Below are positions 46,418 through 55,256 of a stretch of DNA of 57,239 nucleotides, in pieces. A model generated the notes under the pieces. That model ran no database searches, had not been told where the DNA came from, and was given only the letters and a program-made list of their open reading frames with translations. Origin of the DNA: Candidatus Magasanikiibacteriota bacterium (GTDB taxonomy: Bacteria > Patescibacteriota > Patescibacteriia > Magasanikbacterales > UBA922); NCBI GenBank assembly GCA_003510435.1, contig DOMK01000006.1, positions 1 to 57,239 of the forward strand, in the 5' to 3' direction. The stretch's first letter is position 1, and every line of letters starts with the position of its first letter. The translations under genes and the position numbers were made by a program.

Positions 46418-46846
46418 TTAGATTCCTAAATTAAACATTTCTTCAGCAATTTTATTACTATCTTTTTCTGTTTTTACTTTATAATTTTCCCAATTTTTCT
46501 GATCCCAAAGTTCGAGGCGGTTGTATAGACCAGCCACAACTACGTTCTTTTTGAGACCAGCAAAACTGCGAAGATATTCTGGCAACATTATTCTGCCTTG
46601 TTTATCAATATCTACGTCCATAGCACCAGCAAGCATCAACCGAGCAAATGCGCGAGTGTTGGCTTGAGAAAATGGTAAATTGGCTAATTTTTCTGCCAAC
46701 TTTTGCCATTCATTTTTGGTATACAAAAACAAACAGTTATCTAATCCTCTGGTCACAACTGCGCCTTTAATACTTGGACGAAACTTTTTTGGTATAGCCA
46801 ATCGTCCTTTTTCATCTAGATTGTGCTGGTATTCGCCAATAAACAT
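46418..46846 (-). CDS. mraZ: Transcriptional regulator MraZ
   Basis: MFIGEYQHNLDEKGRLAIP… two MraZ repeats. Three ATTAGTG direct repeats end 4 nt before the ATG. Confidence 0.9.
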   Translation of the reverse strand: MFIGEYQHNLDEKGRLAIPKKFRPSIKGAVVTRGLDNCLFLYTKNEWQKLAEKLANLPFSQANTRAFARLMLAGAMDVDIDKQGRIMLPEYLRSFAGLKKNVVVAGLYNRLELWDQKNWENYKVKTEKDSNKIAEEMFNLGI

Positions 46847-46850
46847 AGAT

Positions 46851-46879
46851 CACTAATCTTAACACTAATCGACACTAAT
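46851..46879 (-). promoter_or_regulatory. ATTAGTG x3 direct-repeat array ending 4 nt before the mraZ start codon; candidate MraZ operator
   Basis: cactaat units at 46851-46857, 46863-46869, 46873-46879. Minus strand reads ATTAGTGtcgATTAGTGttaagATTAGTGatct-ATG. Confidence 0.65.
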
Positions 46880-46921
46880 TTTTGATTTAACTTATAGAGG
46901 GACAGGCATTTCCTCCATAAA

Positions 46922-47299
46922 TTAATTTACTAATCTCTTATATCTAATTCCATCAGGTGTGATTAAAATTATTATTCCCAATTTTTTATTAGTAGCTTTT
47001 AAATATGTAAGAACTTGTTTTATATGCATCGGATAAAAATCATCTGCTACTTTTAATTCTACTACAATTTTATTTTCTACCAAAAAATCTAATGAGTAAC
47101 TCCCAACTTTCTTACCTTTATGAGTGACTCTTACTTTGTGTTCACGTTCAAAACTAAAACATTTTTTTGTCAATTCATCAGCATAAGCACGCTGATAAAA
47201 CAATTCGTAATGTCCGTATTTTAAACTGTTATAAACTGCATAAGCACAACCAACCAACTCATAACATTCATCTTTGTAGATTAAATCAACCCCGTTCAT
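46922..47299 (-). CDS. GxxExxY family protein (PD-(D/E)XK nuclease superfamily)
   Basis: 125 aa; GCAYAVYNSLKYGHYELFYQRAY signature. Flanked by inverted ATTAGTG arrays. Confidence 0.75.
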   Translation of the reverse strand: MNGVDLIYKDECYELVGCAYAVYNSLKYGHYELFYQRAYADELTKKCFSFEREHKVRVTHKGKKVGSYSLDFLVENKIVVELKVADDFYPMHIKQVLTYLKATNKKLGIIILITPDGIRYKRLVN

Positions 47300-47309
47300 A
47301 TCTCACCAC

Positions 47310-47392
47310 ATTAGTATAGGTTAGTGCTAAGATTAGTAGCTTCCAAATTATTCACACAATCACATTAGTGCAGATTAGTGTTAAGATTAGTG
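47310..47392 (+). promoter_or_regulatory. Two ATTAGTR x3 arrays upstream of GxxExxY gene 2, oriented towards the downstream + strand
   Basis: attagta/gttagtg/attagta (47310-47338) and attagtg/attagtg/attagtg (47364-47392). Confidence 0.55.
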
Positions 47393-47646
47393 GTATTCCC
47401 CATAAATCCCCACGTACTACCATTATACCCCACTTACACTACCTTTGCAACCCCAAAACCCCACTTATCCACAGCGTAAAGCTCCCTTCGGTCGCTACGT
47501 TGTAGACAGTCCTTCGCCCTCTGGACTACGGACTGTAAACTCTTATTTATTAAAAAAATAAATGACACCTCATTTTATAAATTTTTTGACAGAGTTAATT
47601 TTAAATAGTAATATTAATATATATAATTTTTAATTAAATATTCTAT

Positions 47647-47832
47647 ATGCAAAATGAAAGATGTGCTCGGGTAGTTCCAAGACAAGATGGTAAAAATAAA
47701 AAATGTGCCCATGGATCAGAAATAGGATGCAAAGAATGTCATAGAGCACACCCAGAAATATTAAAAAAAATTGACCCTAAATACAAAAATGAACCACCAA
47801 TTATGAGAGAAAGCGATCCATTTGAAGATTAA
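47647..47832 (+). CDS. Small Cys/His-rich (zinc-ribbon-like) hypothetical protein, 61 aa
   Basis: C-x13-C-x7-C-x2-C-H pattern. ATG start. Hairpin+T-run terminator at 47845-47877. Confidence 0.35.
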   Translation: MQNERCARVVPRQDGKNKKCAHGSEIGCKECHRAHPEILKKIDPKYKNEPPIMRESDPFED

Positions 47833-47844
47833 ATTATATATATC

Positions 47845-47877
47845 AAAAAATCCCCCACTAAACTGGAGGATTTTTTT
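47845..47877 (+). terminator. Rho-independent terminator after the small Cys-rich gene
   Basis: AAAAAATCCCCCActaaacTGGAGGATTTTTTT. Confidence 0.65.
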
Positions 47878-47985
47878 AAAAAAATTGTGTACAAGGAATT
47901 GACATTTAAAAAAAAATACGCTAGTGTATTTATAAGTTCGAAGTCAACCGCCATTCGTCAACCTCAAGAAAAAAAGGAGGGCACC

Positions 47986-48300
47986 ATGCCCGACCCCGCC
48001 GAAGTGACTGCTGTCGCCGTCGTACCCGAGCCGTTCGTGGCTCGTCACCCCGGGATCCTCGACCCCTGCGAATGTGGTGCCCCGCAGACGGTCCGCTCGT
48101 CGACGAGCGTGACCTACAAGTGCGGCCGCATCGACTCGACCGATCCCGCGAAGCAGGCCAGCGTCCCGTGCCCGAACGCGCCCGAGGCCGTCGAGGCCGA
48201 GCCCGTGAGCCTGGACGTCGCCGCCGACGCCCCCGTGCCCGAGCCCGTCGCCGCGCCCGTGGTCGAAGCGCCTGTGGTCGAAGCCGCGCCTGCCGCGTAG
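47986..48300 (+). CDS. Hypothetical protein (104 aa) in a ~68% GC island; Cys cluster then Pro/Ala/Val/Glu-rich tail
   Basis: Perfect SD AAGGAGG (47974-47980) 5 nt before the ATG. TTGACA (47899-47904)-N17-TAGTGT (47922-47927) promoter-like signal. Hairpin terminator at 48505-48532. The track ORF 47887 starts at GTG upstream. Confidence 0.45.
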   Translation: MPDPAEVTAVAVVPEPFVARHPGILDPCECGAPQTVRSSTSVTYKCGRIDSTDPAKQASVPCPNAPEAVEAEPVSLDVAADAPVPEPVAAPVVEAPVVEAAPAA

Positions 48301-48504
48301 CTGAAGGCCGAGGGAATTGGACCGACCGTCCTGCAGGAGGTTGGTCCAACGAGACAAAAATGCAGACGGAGGATACTTGGCGGTTGACTTGTGTCTGCAG
48401 GAATGGGGGGAGACGATGGATCGGGAGGGTCTATCGTCATTCGAGGCCGACAATTGTCTGCCTCCGTTCTTATGAAAATCAAATTTGGTTTTTAGAGGAA
48501 TATA

Positions 48505-48532
48505 AAAAATCTCGATTTAATCGGGATTTTTT
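48505..48532. terminator. Bidirectional hairpin terminator (GC-island gene on +, uvrC on -)
   Basis: AAAAAATCtCGATTtaaTCGgGATTTTTT. Confidence 0.6.
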
Positions 48533-48549
48533 ATTTGTTTAATTTTTGG

Positions 48550-49950
48550 TCAATTTCTTTTCAATTTCCGTAATGATCTCTGATATGTAATCGCAAATCT
48601 ATGAGCTTCATCTCTCACTTGGATTAACAAATTTTGATTTTCTTTTACCCATTCGGTAAATTCTCTTTTTTTATCAGTGGAATCTTTTCCAAAATCAGTG
48701 AAATCAATGTGGAATTCATTCTTTTTTCTATCCGGACCTTTAGCAATTCCCACAACGGGAATTTTAAATTTATTTGTTCTAATAATTTCCACGGCCTTAT
48801 TTACTTGCGAGACTCCCCCATCTACCAAAATTACATCAGGCAATTTCCAAATATCACCACTTTCTACTTTCAACTTTCTACTTTCAACTTGAGGAGCATG
48901 GCGCAGCCTGCGACGAATCACTTCTGCCATACAATCAACGTCACTTTGCCCTATTACAGTTTTTATTTTAAATTTTCTATATTGTGATTTGTTTGGATAA
49001 CCATTTTCAAATACCACCATACTACCAACCATACCAGTTGAACCAAGATTAGAAATATCATAACCTTCTATTCGAAGTTCTGAGTTCTGAGTTCTGAGTT
49101 CTGAGTTCTCCTGTAAAAAACTTTTATTCAACAAAGCAATGTCTTGTATTTTTTGTAAATTTTTTATTTGATCACGCAATCTTCCAGCTTCCTCAAACTC
49201 ATGAATTTTAGAAGACAATTTCATTTTCTTTTCCAAATCACGAATCAAACCTTTTTTATTACCACGCAAAAATTTTACTAATGGATTAATTACTTTCTTT
49301 TTATATTCAGACGAACTTATTTCCCCAGTACACACACCCAAACATTGTCCCATTTGACGATATAGACAAGGCTTACAAAGCTTACCAAGCTCACAAGGCT
49401 TACAATGTGATATATAAAATAATTTTCTTAAAAGTCCCATCATCTCGCGTGTTTTTAATCCTGGATACGGTCCAAAAATATGTTGAAACTGTTGTAATTG
49501 TTCTAGTTGTTGTAAATGTCTTTCACTTACAACATTTTTAACATCTACAACATTTGGAACATTACCAAGCTCATGCGCTCTAATCGTCTTAACTTGAGGG
49601 AAAACATCTTTTGTAATACAAATATAATTCCAACTCTTATCATCTTTCAAATCCACGTTATACTTTGGTTGATATTTTTTAATTGTATTCGCTTCCAAAA
49701 TAATCGCTTCCAAAACCGAATCAGTTTGTTTTATTTTTATATCCACCACCTCGTCGATCATAGCTTCGATAGGTCGCAATCCCCCTCCCTTTTTAAGGGA
49801 GGGCTGGGGTGGGTTCCGAAAATAACTCCTAACCCTGCTCTTCAAACTTGTCGCTTTACCAATATAAATCAACTCTTTCTGTTTATTATAGAAGAGATAA
49901 ATACCTGGTTCGTTGGGAAATGATTTGATTTTTTTTTCTAAATTAGCCAT
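48550..49950 (-). CDS. uvrC: Excinuclease ABC subunit C (short form lacking C-terminal HhH domain)
   Basis: GIY-YIG N-terminus (GIYLFYNKQKELIYIGKATSLKSRVRSYF), Cys-rich region, UvrC endonuclease core (…VRDEAHRFAITYQR…). Only 466 aa. Contains a heptanucleotide SSR and two small in-frame repeat insertions. Confidence 0.85.
   Translation of the reverse strand: MANLEKKIKSFPNEPGIYLFYNKQKELIYIGKATSLKSRVRSYFRNPPQPSLKKGGGLRPIEAMIDEVVDIKIKQTDSVLEAIILEANTIKKYQPKYNVDLKDDKSWNYICITKDVFPQVKTIRAHELGNVPNVVDVKNVVSERHLQQLEQLQQFQHIFGPYPGLKTREMMGLLRKLFYISHCKPCELGKLCKPCLYRQMGQCLGVCTGEISSSEYKKKVINPLVKFLRGNKKGLIRDLEKKMKLSSKIHEFEEAGRLRDQIKNLQKIQDIALLNKSFLQENSELRTQNSELRIEGYDISNLGSTGMVGSMVVFENGYPNKSQYRKFKIKTVIGQSDVDCMAEVIRRRLRHAPQVESRKLKVESGDIWKLPDVILVDGGVSQVNKAVEIIRTNKFKIPVVGIAKGPDRKKNEFHIDFTDFGKDSTDKKREFTEWVKENQNLLIQVRDEAHRFAITYQRSLRKLKRN
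48672..48709 (+). repeat. 38-bp AATCAGTGRAATC element, copy 4, in frame inside uvrC
   Basis: tatcagtggaatcttttccaaaatcagtgaaatcaatg; encodes HIDFTDFGKDSTDK on the minus strand. Confidence 0.7.
49076..49110. repeat. Heptanucleotide SSR (AGTTCTG)x5 inside uvrC (in frame as ELRTQNS repeats)
   Basis: agttctgagttctgagttctgagttctgagttctc. Confidence 0.85.
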
Positions 49951-50036
49951 ATTTAAAATTCCAAAGATGAAATAACAAAATTTAAATTTTTAAATTTGTC
50001 ATTGATTTGACATTGGTAATTTGGCATTTGAAATTT

Positions 50037-50071
50037 ATTAGAAATTAGGTGAATTAGAAATTAGAAATTCA
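50037..50071. repeat. TTAGAAATTAGGTKAATTAGAAATTAGAAATT element, copy 2, overlapping the uvrA stop codon
   Basis: tattagaaattaggtgaattagaaattagaaattca. Confidence 0.6.
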
Positions 50072-52822
50072 CAATATTTTCTTTAAATATTGTCCTGTAT
50101 AACTATACCCAATTTTTGCCACAGTCTCTGGTGTTCCCACACAAACCACTTCTCCCCCTTTATCTCCGCCTTCGGGACCAAGATCAATAATCCAATCCGC
50201 GCATTTTATTACATCTAGATTGTGTTCAATCACCATTACTGTATTACCTTTGGAAACCAATTCTTGTAACACCCCAATTAATTTTTTTACATCTTCATAA
50301 TGCAAACCAGTCGTTGGCTCATCCAACAAAAACAAAGTCTTGGTTGTGCTAGGCTTGGCCAATTCGCGAGATAATTTTATTCGCTGGGCTTCACCACCTG
50401 ACAAAGTCTTGGCCGATTGACCAAGAGTAAGATAATCCAAACCCACTTCATTTAGAACTTTTAGTTTATCATAAATAAAAGGAATGTCTTCAAAAAAACT
50501 TTCGGCTTCTTCAATGGTCATATTCAAAACATCAGAAATATTTTTTTCTTTATAATGAATTTGCAAAGTTTCATTATTAAATCTTTTACCTTTACACACA
50601 TCACACACAATTTCTACACTGGGCAAAAAATGCATTTCAATTTCTAATGTTCCTCTACCCTCACAATTATCACATCTACCTCCCGGACGATTGAAACTAA
50701 ACCGGCCATTTTTGTAACCACGCATTTTGGCTTCGGGGGTGGAGGCATACAAATCGCGAATATGAGTCCAGGTACCAGTATAAGTCGCTGGATTGGAACG
50801 AGGTGATCGACCAATGGCGCTCTGGTCAATCTTAATGATTTTATCAATATATTCTGTATTTAAGACTTGTTTATGATCACCAACTTTTTTCTTTTTTTCT
50901 TCTGGTGCATGACCATGATAGTTTAATCTATTTGATACTGTTCGATATAAAATATCATGCATCAGAGTAGATTTGCCCGAACCAGACACGCCCGTGAGGC
51001 AAACAAATCGACGTAAAGGAATTTCTACATTAATATTTTTCAAATTGTGTTCACTCGCCCCTTTAATTTTTATTTTCGCGGTTGTATTATCCACCTTTCT
51101 TCTCTTTTCTGGTGCTTCAATATTTTTCTCTCGACGCAAATATTGTCCAGTCAAAGATTTTTTTGGATCACCAATTTTTAAACAATTTTTAAGTTCATCC
51201 TGAATGAGTCCAACAGGACGAATGAAGGATCTTTCGGAGCCAACATTTATCAAACTACTAATATTTTTTGTACCGCCATAGACTTTTCCTTCGAAAGATC
51301 CTTCACCCATTCGCTGTTGCTCAGGGTTCAGGATGAACTGTAAAGGTCCAGAATAGACTATCTCCCCACCATGCGTCCCCGCCCCTGGTCCAATATCCAC
51401 AATCCAATCACTAGCTAAAATTGTATCTTCATCATGTTCTACCACAATAATCGTATTACCCACGTCACACAAATTGCGTAAAGTCCGTACCAATTGATCA
51501 TTGTCTTTTTGATGTAAACCAATCGTCGGTTCATCCAACACATACAAAGCACCCACTAATTTTGTCCCCACTTGCGAAGCCAAACGAATGCGTTGGGCTT
51601 CTCCACCAGACAGAGTACCAGCCGTGCGATTGAGAGTCAGATAATGCAACCCAACATCATACATAAACTGCAATCTATTTTCTATTTCACGCAATACAGC
51701 TCCGGCAATTTCCTGTTCTCTCTCGGGCAAATTTAAAATTACCTCAGCAAAAAATTCACGTACCTCACCAATATCCATACTTACTACTTCCCAAATATTT
51801 TTGCCAAAGATCTTTACACTTAATGCATTGGCATTCAATCTTTTGCCCTCACACTTTGGACATACATCCTCACTAAACAAAGACTTGGTACCAAGACCAG
51901 TGCAATAATCACAATAACCATACGGACTGTTAAAACTAAACAATCTAGGTTCAATCTCTGGAAAACTAAAACCATCCTTTGGACAAGAATATTCTGTAGA
52001 AAAAATTTGTTCCCGACTTCGCTGAAGCTTCGTCGGGCAAGCTTCATCATTAGGATAAATCACAGTACAAAGTCCATTGGACAAATCCACGGCTGTTTCT
52101 ACTGCTTCAGCCAAACGCTTTTCTCCGTCACTATTCTGAATTCTAAAATCTGAAATCTGCAATTTGTCAATCACCACTTCAATCGTATGCTTCTTATCTT
52201 TACTAAGTTCAATTCTATTTTTCAAACTCTTCATTTTTCCATCTACTCGCACTTCCAAAAATCCAGAATTATAAACATCATAGAGCATTTGGTAATATTC
52301 CCCTTTTCTACCACGTACAACCGGCGCCAAAATTATCAACTCGTGGTTCGTAGTTCGTAATTTCGTATTTTTCGTAGTTCGTATCTTATTTACTGACTCC
52401 ATTATTCTTTCCTGCATTTGGTCAATCGTCATCTTCTCTATTTTTGTATTACAAAGTGGACAGTGAGGTTCACCAATTCGTGCAAACAAAACTCGTAAAT
52501 AATCATAAATTTCCGTAATCGTAGCTACAGTGGAACGTGGATTGGCACTATGCGCTTTTTGATCAATCGAAATCGCTGGCGACAAACCTTCAATCTCATC
52601 CACATCAGGTTTTTGCATCCCACCCAAAAATTGTCGCGCATAAGCTGACAAAGATTCTATATACCGACGTTGTCCTTCAGCAAAAATGGTATCAAAAGCT
52701 AGGCTCGATTTTCCCGAACCTGATAAACCTGTAAACACAATCATTTTGTTGCGTGGCAATTCAAGAGAAATGTTTTTTAGATTGTGTTCTCTAGCACCAC
52801 GGATTATTATTTTTTCTTGCAT
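50069..52822 (-). CDS. uvrA: Excinuclease ABC subunit A
   Basis: Two ABC ATPase modules ([14 protein letters not shown]; [10 protein letters not shown]), zinc-finger Cys pairs, 917 aa. Confidence 0.95.
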   Translation of the reverse strand: MQEKIIIRGAREHNLKNISLELPRNKMIVFTGLSGSGKSSLAFDTIFAEGQRRYIESLSAYARQFLGGMQKPDVDEIEGLSPAISIDQKAHSANPRSTVATITEIYDYLRVLFARIGEPHCPLCNTKIEKMTIDQMQERIMESVNKIRTTKNTKLRTTNHELIILAPVVRGRKGEYYQMLYDVYNSGFLEVRVDGKMKSLKNRIELSKDKKHTIEVVIDKLQISDFRIQNSDGEKRLAEAVETAVDLSNGLCTVIYPNDEACPTKLQRSREQIFSTEYSCPKDGFSFPEIEPRLFSFNSPYGYCDYCTGLGTKSLFSEDVCPKCEGKRLNANALSVKIFGKNIWEVVSMDIGEVREFFAEVILNLPEREQEIAGAVLREIENRLQFMYDVGLHYLTLNRTAGTLSGGEAQRIRLASQVGTKLVGALYVLDEPTIGLHQKDNDQLVRTLRNLCDVGNTIIVVEHDEDTILASDWIVDIGPGAGTHGGEIVYSGPLQFILNPEQQRMGEGSFEGKVYGGTKNISSLINVGSERSFIRPVGLIQDELKNCLKIGDPKKSLTGQYLRREKNIEAPEKRRKVDNTTAKIKIKGASEHNLKNINVEIPLRRFVCLTGVSGSGKSTLMHDILYRTVSNRLNYHGHAPEEKKKKVGDHKQVLNTEYIDKIIKIDQSAIGRSPRSNPATYTGTWTHIRDLYASTPEAKMRGYKNGRFSFNRPGGRCDNCEGRGTLEIEMHFLPSVEIVCDVCKGKRFNNETLQIHYKEKNISDVLNMTIEEAESFFEDIPFIYDKLKVLNEVGLDYLTLGQSAKTLSGGEAQRIKLSRELAKPSTTKTLFLLDEPTTGLHYEDVKKLIGVLQELVSKGNTVMVIEHNLDVIKCADWIIDLGPEGGDKGGEVVCVGTPETVAKIGYSYTGQYLKKIL
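52346..52386. repeat. TTCGTA-type short repeats in frame in uvrA (encode [12 protein letters not shown])
   Basis: ggttcgtagttcgtaatttcgtatttttcgtagttcgtatc. Confidence 0.7.
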
Positions 52823-53059
52823 GTAATTAAATGCTTACAAGGCCTACAAAGCTTTAAAGGCTTACGAAACCTGTCAGCTTTTTTAAATACAAAATACCCC
52901 TTTTTTGAGGTTAACTATAAACAACTTAAAATTTAAAGTGCATTACAATTATACCAAACAAGTATGATTTGTCAACCTGTTATAATTTACATCTTATTAT
53001 TTTAAAGCTATAATATTCACAATCAGCACTTTATTCTTTACTCCTTAATCCTTTATTTT

Positions 53060-53764
53060 ATGCGCATCACCTCCTCTGTTTATCTCGCAGTTAATATATT
53101 TGTAGTCTTATTTGGTTTGAGTTGTTTTATTTGGGGTTTTTATTTAGTAAAAGAAGGCTACAGAATAAAAGATACATTTCAAACTGCGACTGGTACTATC
53201 TATAATGTTATTATTAAACATGATTATAGTACAGAAATAGCCAATACCCAAGAATACTTGCAAATTGAATTCCCCTTGTCTAATGGAAAAAAAATTAGAT
53301 TTACCAATGATTATAGTCAAGAAAATAAAAAATATAAAATTGGTGATAATATACCAGTTTATTATAATCCAGAAAAACCAGAAAATGCCTACGTGGCTGA
53401 TTACCGCTTTTTGTTTGTACCCGGAGGAATATTATTATTCCTAGGTGGAGCTTTGATGATTTTTGCTGGACAATTAATTGTAAAATTTTTCTTTCGTAAA
53501 AAAACTATTGATAAATTAAAACAAACTGGCATAAAAATCCAAGCACCATTTATGGAAGCCAAAGAAGATTTTGAAACTACTATCATGGAAAAACATCCAG
53601 TTGTAATTCGCGTGGAAATGGAAGATGGCAGTTCATTATTTAGTGATAAAATCTGGAACTTTAATCCCGAAGCAATCAAACCAGGACACATGATCGATAT
53701 TTACTTTGACCCTATCAACAAAAAAGATTATTATATTGATCTAGAGTTTTTACAAAATAAATAA
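53060..53764 (+). CDS. Hypothetical membrane protein (two TM helices flanking a soluble segment)
   Basis: ATG ORF. Extended -10 TGTTATAAT at ~52978-52986. Terminator hairpin 53781-53813. Confidence 0.4.
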   Translation: MRITSSVYLAVNIFVVLFGLSCFIWGFYLVKEGYRIKDTFQTATGTIYNVIIKHDYSTEIANTQEYLQIEFPLSNGKKIRFTNDYSQENKKYKIGDNIPVYYNPEKPENAYVADYRFLFVPGGILLFLGGALMIFAGQLIVKFFFRKKTIDKLKQTGIKIQAPFMEAKEDFETTIMEKHPVVIRVEMEDGSSLFSDKIWNFNPEAIKPGHMIDIYFDPINKKDYYIDLEFLQNK

Positions 53765-53780
53765 GATTTTACAAGATAAC

Positions 53781-53813
53781 AAAAGACGCCTCGAATACTC
53801 GGGGCGTCTTTTA
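53781..53813 (+). terminator. Rho-independent terminator
   Basis: AAAAGACGCCtcgaatactcgGGGCGTCTTTT. Confidence 0.65.
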
Positions 53814-53864
53814 AATTTACTATCAGTCTAAATCAGTCTGTATAAATCTGTTTAAATCAATGCT

Positions 53865-55043
53865 TTACTTCAAAATATACGCTTTCATTGGCGGGAAGCC
53901 ATTAAAATAAACTGAACAATAAGACAAAGTATAAGCACCTGTAGAAAGAATAAACATCTTGTCCCCTTCTTTCATCCCCTTGGGAAATTTATACTGATAT
54001 TTTTCATACATAATGTCCATACTGTCACAAGTCGGACCAGCTAAAATAACTTTTTCTGTATTACGGTCAGTCTTTTTGGCTTTTTCCCAGAAGATTGGAT
54101 ATTTAATTGATTCATCAATAGTTTCTATTAAACCATTAAATTTACCCGCATCCAAATAAACCCATTTGTTTCTGTCCAAACTTGATTTTCTGGAAATCAT
54201 GACAATCTGGGTCACCATTACACCACAATTACCTACCATAGATCTACCTGGTTCAATCAAAATCTCAGGAAAATCAGTCGGGAAATCCTCTTGTAAAAAT
54301 CTGGTCACATATTTGGTATAGGTTTCCAAAGGATGAGTAGAGTGAACATATCTGGTTGGAAAACCACCACCCAGATTAATCGCTTTCAATTTTATCTTAT
54401 GTTGTTTCAAAGCATCAAATAAATATTTGCAGAAAGAAATTGCATTATCCCATGAACCAATATCACGTTGTTGTGAACCAACATGAAATGACAGGCCATA
54501 AGGAATAATATTCATTTTGCTCGCTTTTAATATCAACTGATAAATCATGTCTGGATGCGCCCCAAATTTTCTGGACAATGGCCAGTCTGCATTACCACCT
54601 TCCAAAATAATTCTAAATAATACTTTTGAACCTGGAGCATGTTTAGCAATTTCTTGTACATCTTCCCAAGAATCTGTGGCATACAGACGAATGCCTTTTT
54701 TATAAGCATAAGCAATATGTTCAACTTTCTTGATTGGATTGCCATAACTAAGACGTTCTGGTGGAATACCCAGGCGCAAACATTGATCTATTTCATAAAT
54801 TGAAGCCACATCAAAATTTGAACCTTTTTTCTCTAATAATTTTACAATCTCATCCATTGGATTGGCTTTGACTGCATAATAAATTTTGGCAAAAGGCATT
54901 AGAGAATGCAAATTGTCATAATTTTCCTCAACCTTCTTTGGATTGACAATTAAAAAAGGCGTTTCCTTGCCTTTAACAAATTCTTTAATTTTTTTGACTT
55001 CTTTGGTAGTTAAATACTTATAGATTGAATTTTTCTCTTTCAT
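53865..55043 (-). CDS. Fold-type III PLP-dependent decarboxylase (diaminopimelate/carboxynorspermidine decarboxylase-like)
   Basis: PLP-lysine context (YAVKANPMDEIVKLL) and Orn/DAP/Arg decarboxylase family-2 layout. 392 aa. Confidence 0.7.
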   Translation of the reverse strand: MKEKNSIYKYLTTKEVKKIKEFVKGKETPFLIVNPKKVEENYDNLHSLMPFAKIYYAVKANPMDEIVKLLEKKGSNFDVASIYEIDQCLRLGIPPERLSYGNPIKKVEHIAYAYKKGIRLYATDSWEDVQEIAKHAPGSKVLFRIILEGGNADWPLSRKFGAHPDMIYQLILKASKMNIIPYGLSFHVGSQQRDIGSWDNAISFCKYLFDALKQHKIKLKAINLGGGFPTRYVHSTHPLETYTKYVTRFLQEDFPTDFPEILIEPGRSMVGNCGVMVTQIVMISRKSSLDRNKWVYLDAGKFNGLIETIDESIKYPIFWEKAKKTDRNTEKVILAGPTCDSMDIMYEKYQYKFPKGMKEGDKMFILSTGAYTLSYCSVYFNGFPPMKAYILK

Positions 55044-55256
55044 AGAAATTTACCCCGCATTTTCAAGATGGCTTGAAGATGTTTTTGACTATTAATATTT
55101 GCCGTCAAGGGGATAAAAAATTAATAATACAATTATAACACCGTCTACGAAAAAATCAATAAAACTGTTGATAACCGTTTATTTGCGACGCAGGTGAGTG
55201 GAAAGCAAATTCGCATTTGATTTCCCGAGCCGAGGAGTAAATACAGGACAGATCCT

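Noticed and set aside
47468-47476. Perfect DnaA box TTATCCACA as replication origin
   Set aside because: Single box only, no dnaA/dnaN nearby, no cluster of boxes or AT-rich DUE. Noted but not called oriC.
47930-48542. Four overlapping Arg/Gly/Pro-rich ORFs (47930..48349, 47944..48453, 48072..48542, 48114..48482)
   Set aside because: Typical GC-rich frame artefacts (RRRARARGRRRR-type). Only the SD-preceded + strand ORF 47986..48300 is retained.
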